A stretch of 64,000 nucleotides of DNA from an uncultured bacterium (GTDB taxonomy: Bacteria; Omnitrophota; Gorgyraeia; Duberdicusellales; CBEUCJ01), in NCBI GenBank assembly GCA_965541615.1, contig CBEUCJ010000005.1:110251-174250 (forward strand), written 5' to 3'. The notes under the pieces are model-generated. The model had not been told where the DNA came from, searched no databases, and saw only the letters and a list, made by a program, of their open reading frames with translations. Shown here piece by piece: positions 59,701-62,700 of this stretch; the first letter of the stretch is position 1, and each line of letters opens with the position of its first letter. The position numbers and the translations under genes are program-made.

Positions 59701-62700
59701 TTCTTCTTTTCTGAGAACGAGTATAGCTAAGTCTCCTCTATCAGGAGATGAGAGATGATGGTGCAAAAGTACTTTAGCTACACCTATCTTTTCTGAAAGG
59801 TGAGTATTAGTTTGAAGTAAAACATTTTTAACACCATAAACTACATGGGTACAGGTTAAAAGTATATACCAATCTCCAACTTCACCAGCTACAAAAGCAC
59901 TACCTCTCTTTTCAATCGTTAAAATACTCCTTGAAAATCCTCCATTTTGCTTTTCTTGTTTAGCCTGCATTTCTAATTTTTTGCATTCATTTTTGCATCG
60001 AGATAGTTTCTCTTCTAAATTAATCCTTACTTGAGTGAACTCAGCAGGATTATTAGTCTGGTATAAGATTTGTTTAAGGATAAAGATTATAGTATCAGGG
60101 TCTACTCCTGCTTTTTCGAGTATTTTGGAAAGACGAATAATCTCTTGAAATGTCTGTATATTTATACATCTCAAAACATTATTTAGCTTTTTAAGATACT
60201 TTTCTAAACTATTAACTATTTTTCTTAAATATGATGCAAACTCAAGCTCAATAATCCTAATAGGAGAACTACTCAGCATCTTACTAAAAGTTTCTAAGTA
60301 TCTTTCAAGATGTTTAGTTACAAGAAATTCTTTTCTTACCCTCTCTTGTGCTTCTTTTCCTATTTTTCTGGCTAACTCATTATCTTTAAAAAGTTGTAAG
60401 ATTTTAAATTTTGCTTCTTCTTTATTTTCTACTAAAAATCCACTTCTTCCATTTTCTATCTGAACTTTTATTCCTCCACAGTTTGTAGCTACAACTGGCT
60501 TTTTCTTCCACATAGCTTCAGTAACTACCAATCCGAACCCTTCTTTTTGTGCTAAATGCACCACCAAATAAGCTGCTCTCTGTAAAGCATTTACCTCTAA
60601 AGCATTTTCTTTTCCTTCACTTTTTAAGCGAAGAAGGTGAATATCTTCTTTAAATTCATATTCTTCTCTTAAAGATTTGAACATCTCAAAAATAAATAAT
60701 CCTTCAGCATCATCACGAGGGAAATTACTTGCCAACACCAGTTGACAATCTATATCCTTTCTAATCTCCTCAAATATTTTCATTGCAACTTCTTGACCTT
60801 TAAAAGGATCAAAACGAGAGACTTGAAGAATTATGGGTTTGTAAGGATTAATTTGATACTTTTCTAATACTCTTCTAATTAATTTTTGAGGAATCTCTTT
60901 ATTTTTGGGACTTAAAGGATTAATACTTGCAGGTATAATTACTATTTTCTCATTAGGCAAATCTTTTTGGACAAATTCTTCTGTATGAAAGACTACTTTA
61001 TCTGCTAAACTGACAAACTCATAGATAAATTTCCACACTTCTTTGTTAGGAGAAGATAAATCTATATGGCATCTCCAGATGATTTTAATATGAGGATACT
61101 TTTCTCTTATCAAAGGAATAATCCCTGCTGTCTGAGGATCATGGCAGATTACAATATCTAAATCTTTAAAAGCTCCTTTTTTCTCCAAGTTTTTAAATTC
61201 CCTCTGAGATATAATCTTATAGAATTCCTTCTCATCTTCACCAAGCTCTACTCTGTTTCCTTGTAGACCATTGTGAAGCTTCTTTTTAGTGAAATTAAAA
61301 AATTCACTGCTTCCTTCAAATACTTCCCAACTTGCTTTTATACCGACTTTGCCAAAAAGAGGAACAAGATTACCTAAAAGTTCAGCTACCCCTCCTCCTT
61401 CTTTGGTAGTATTTATGTGTAAGACTCTTAAACCTTTTAAATTTTTATATTTTTCTTTTAATCTTTGAATCTGCTTTTCTATATACAACCACTCATATAC
61501 ATTTCTTAAAGACACAAATACATCTTTTTTATCCAATTTATCTAATAGTCTTATTATTGAAGATGAAGAAACTTTTTTTGCTAAAGTAGTAGTTTTATTT
61601 ACATTTGAGTAATAATCTTTATCTAATTCAATTTTAAAAATTTCTAAAGCTATCAGATATTTTATTAATTCTTGAGGATACAATTTAAAATATTTGATGC
61701 TTTTAGATTGAGCTTCTTCTTCATTTAATCCTTTAATAAGGTGGGAAATTTCATGGAGAATAACATCATTAATGAGGGTTTGGAAGATTTGAGATTTTTC
61801 TGATTCCGGAGGTGGTGCTCTTGAAGCTAAACTTTCTAAAATCGCTATTTTTTGAGGTACAGTTACTATATCTGCCAATTTACCAGTTTTAGTCTTATCA
61901 ACTAAAATTACTAATTTTTTGGGAGCAATTGCTAGGTTAAACTTTTCAAAACTATTCTTTAAGTAATAATTGTAAAAGATTTTTTTCTGTTTGGAAGCAG
62001 GTTTTTGGTAAGGTTCTTTTAACCTTGCTGGATACTCAAATTGCACATGTTTTAATTCTTTTTCTAAATCCTTTTTCTTTCCAAAGCAAGCTATAACTTC
62101 TTCAGTTAAAAACCAAGCCAAAATCCAGAACTTTATTAATGAAGGTTTTAGTGCTTTTGTTCCTTTAATCTGCAAATCTATAAATTCTTCACTTCCTGCT
62201 TCCTCAGCTGTTCCTGGCAAGAAGAATGCCAAATCTACATCTAATTCTGGGTTTTCTAAAGCAGTTATAACCACAATTTTTGCCTTTGCTTTTTTAGCAG
62301 TCTCTATTAATTTTTTGATTCTCATCTTGCGAGAAGAAACACCAATAATTATTACTAAATCACCTTTTTCTATTCTTGCCTGAACATGTCTTGCACCTGC
62401 AACAGTTGCGATAATTCCTAACTGCTTAAGACGAGTCATAAAAGATAAAGCTACTTGATGGGACACTCCATCACCCAAAATATAAACTTTAGAAAAAGAT
62501 GTAGGCTTAAAAAGAAGTTTAAATCTCTTAAAAATAGGAGGATTTCCAATCTTTTTTAACATCTTGTAGAACTTTTCTATTTTTTCTTTTGTTACTTCCT
62601 TTCTAAATTCTTCACTTCCTGTGATTTGTATGGCTTCTAAATGGGTTAATATATAATTCTTTAATGTTTTAAATACCTCTTCTTCAGTTTTACATTCATT

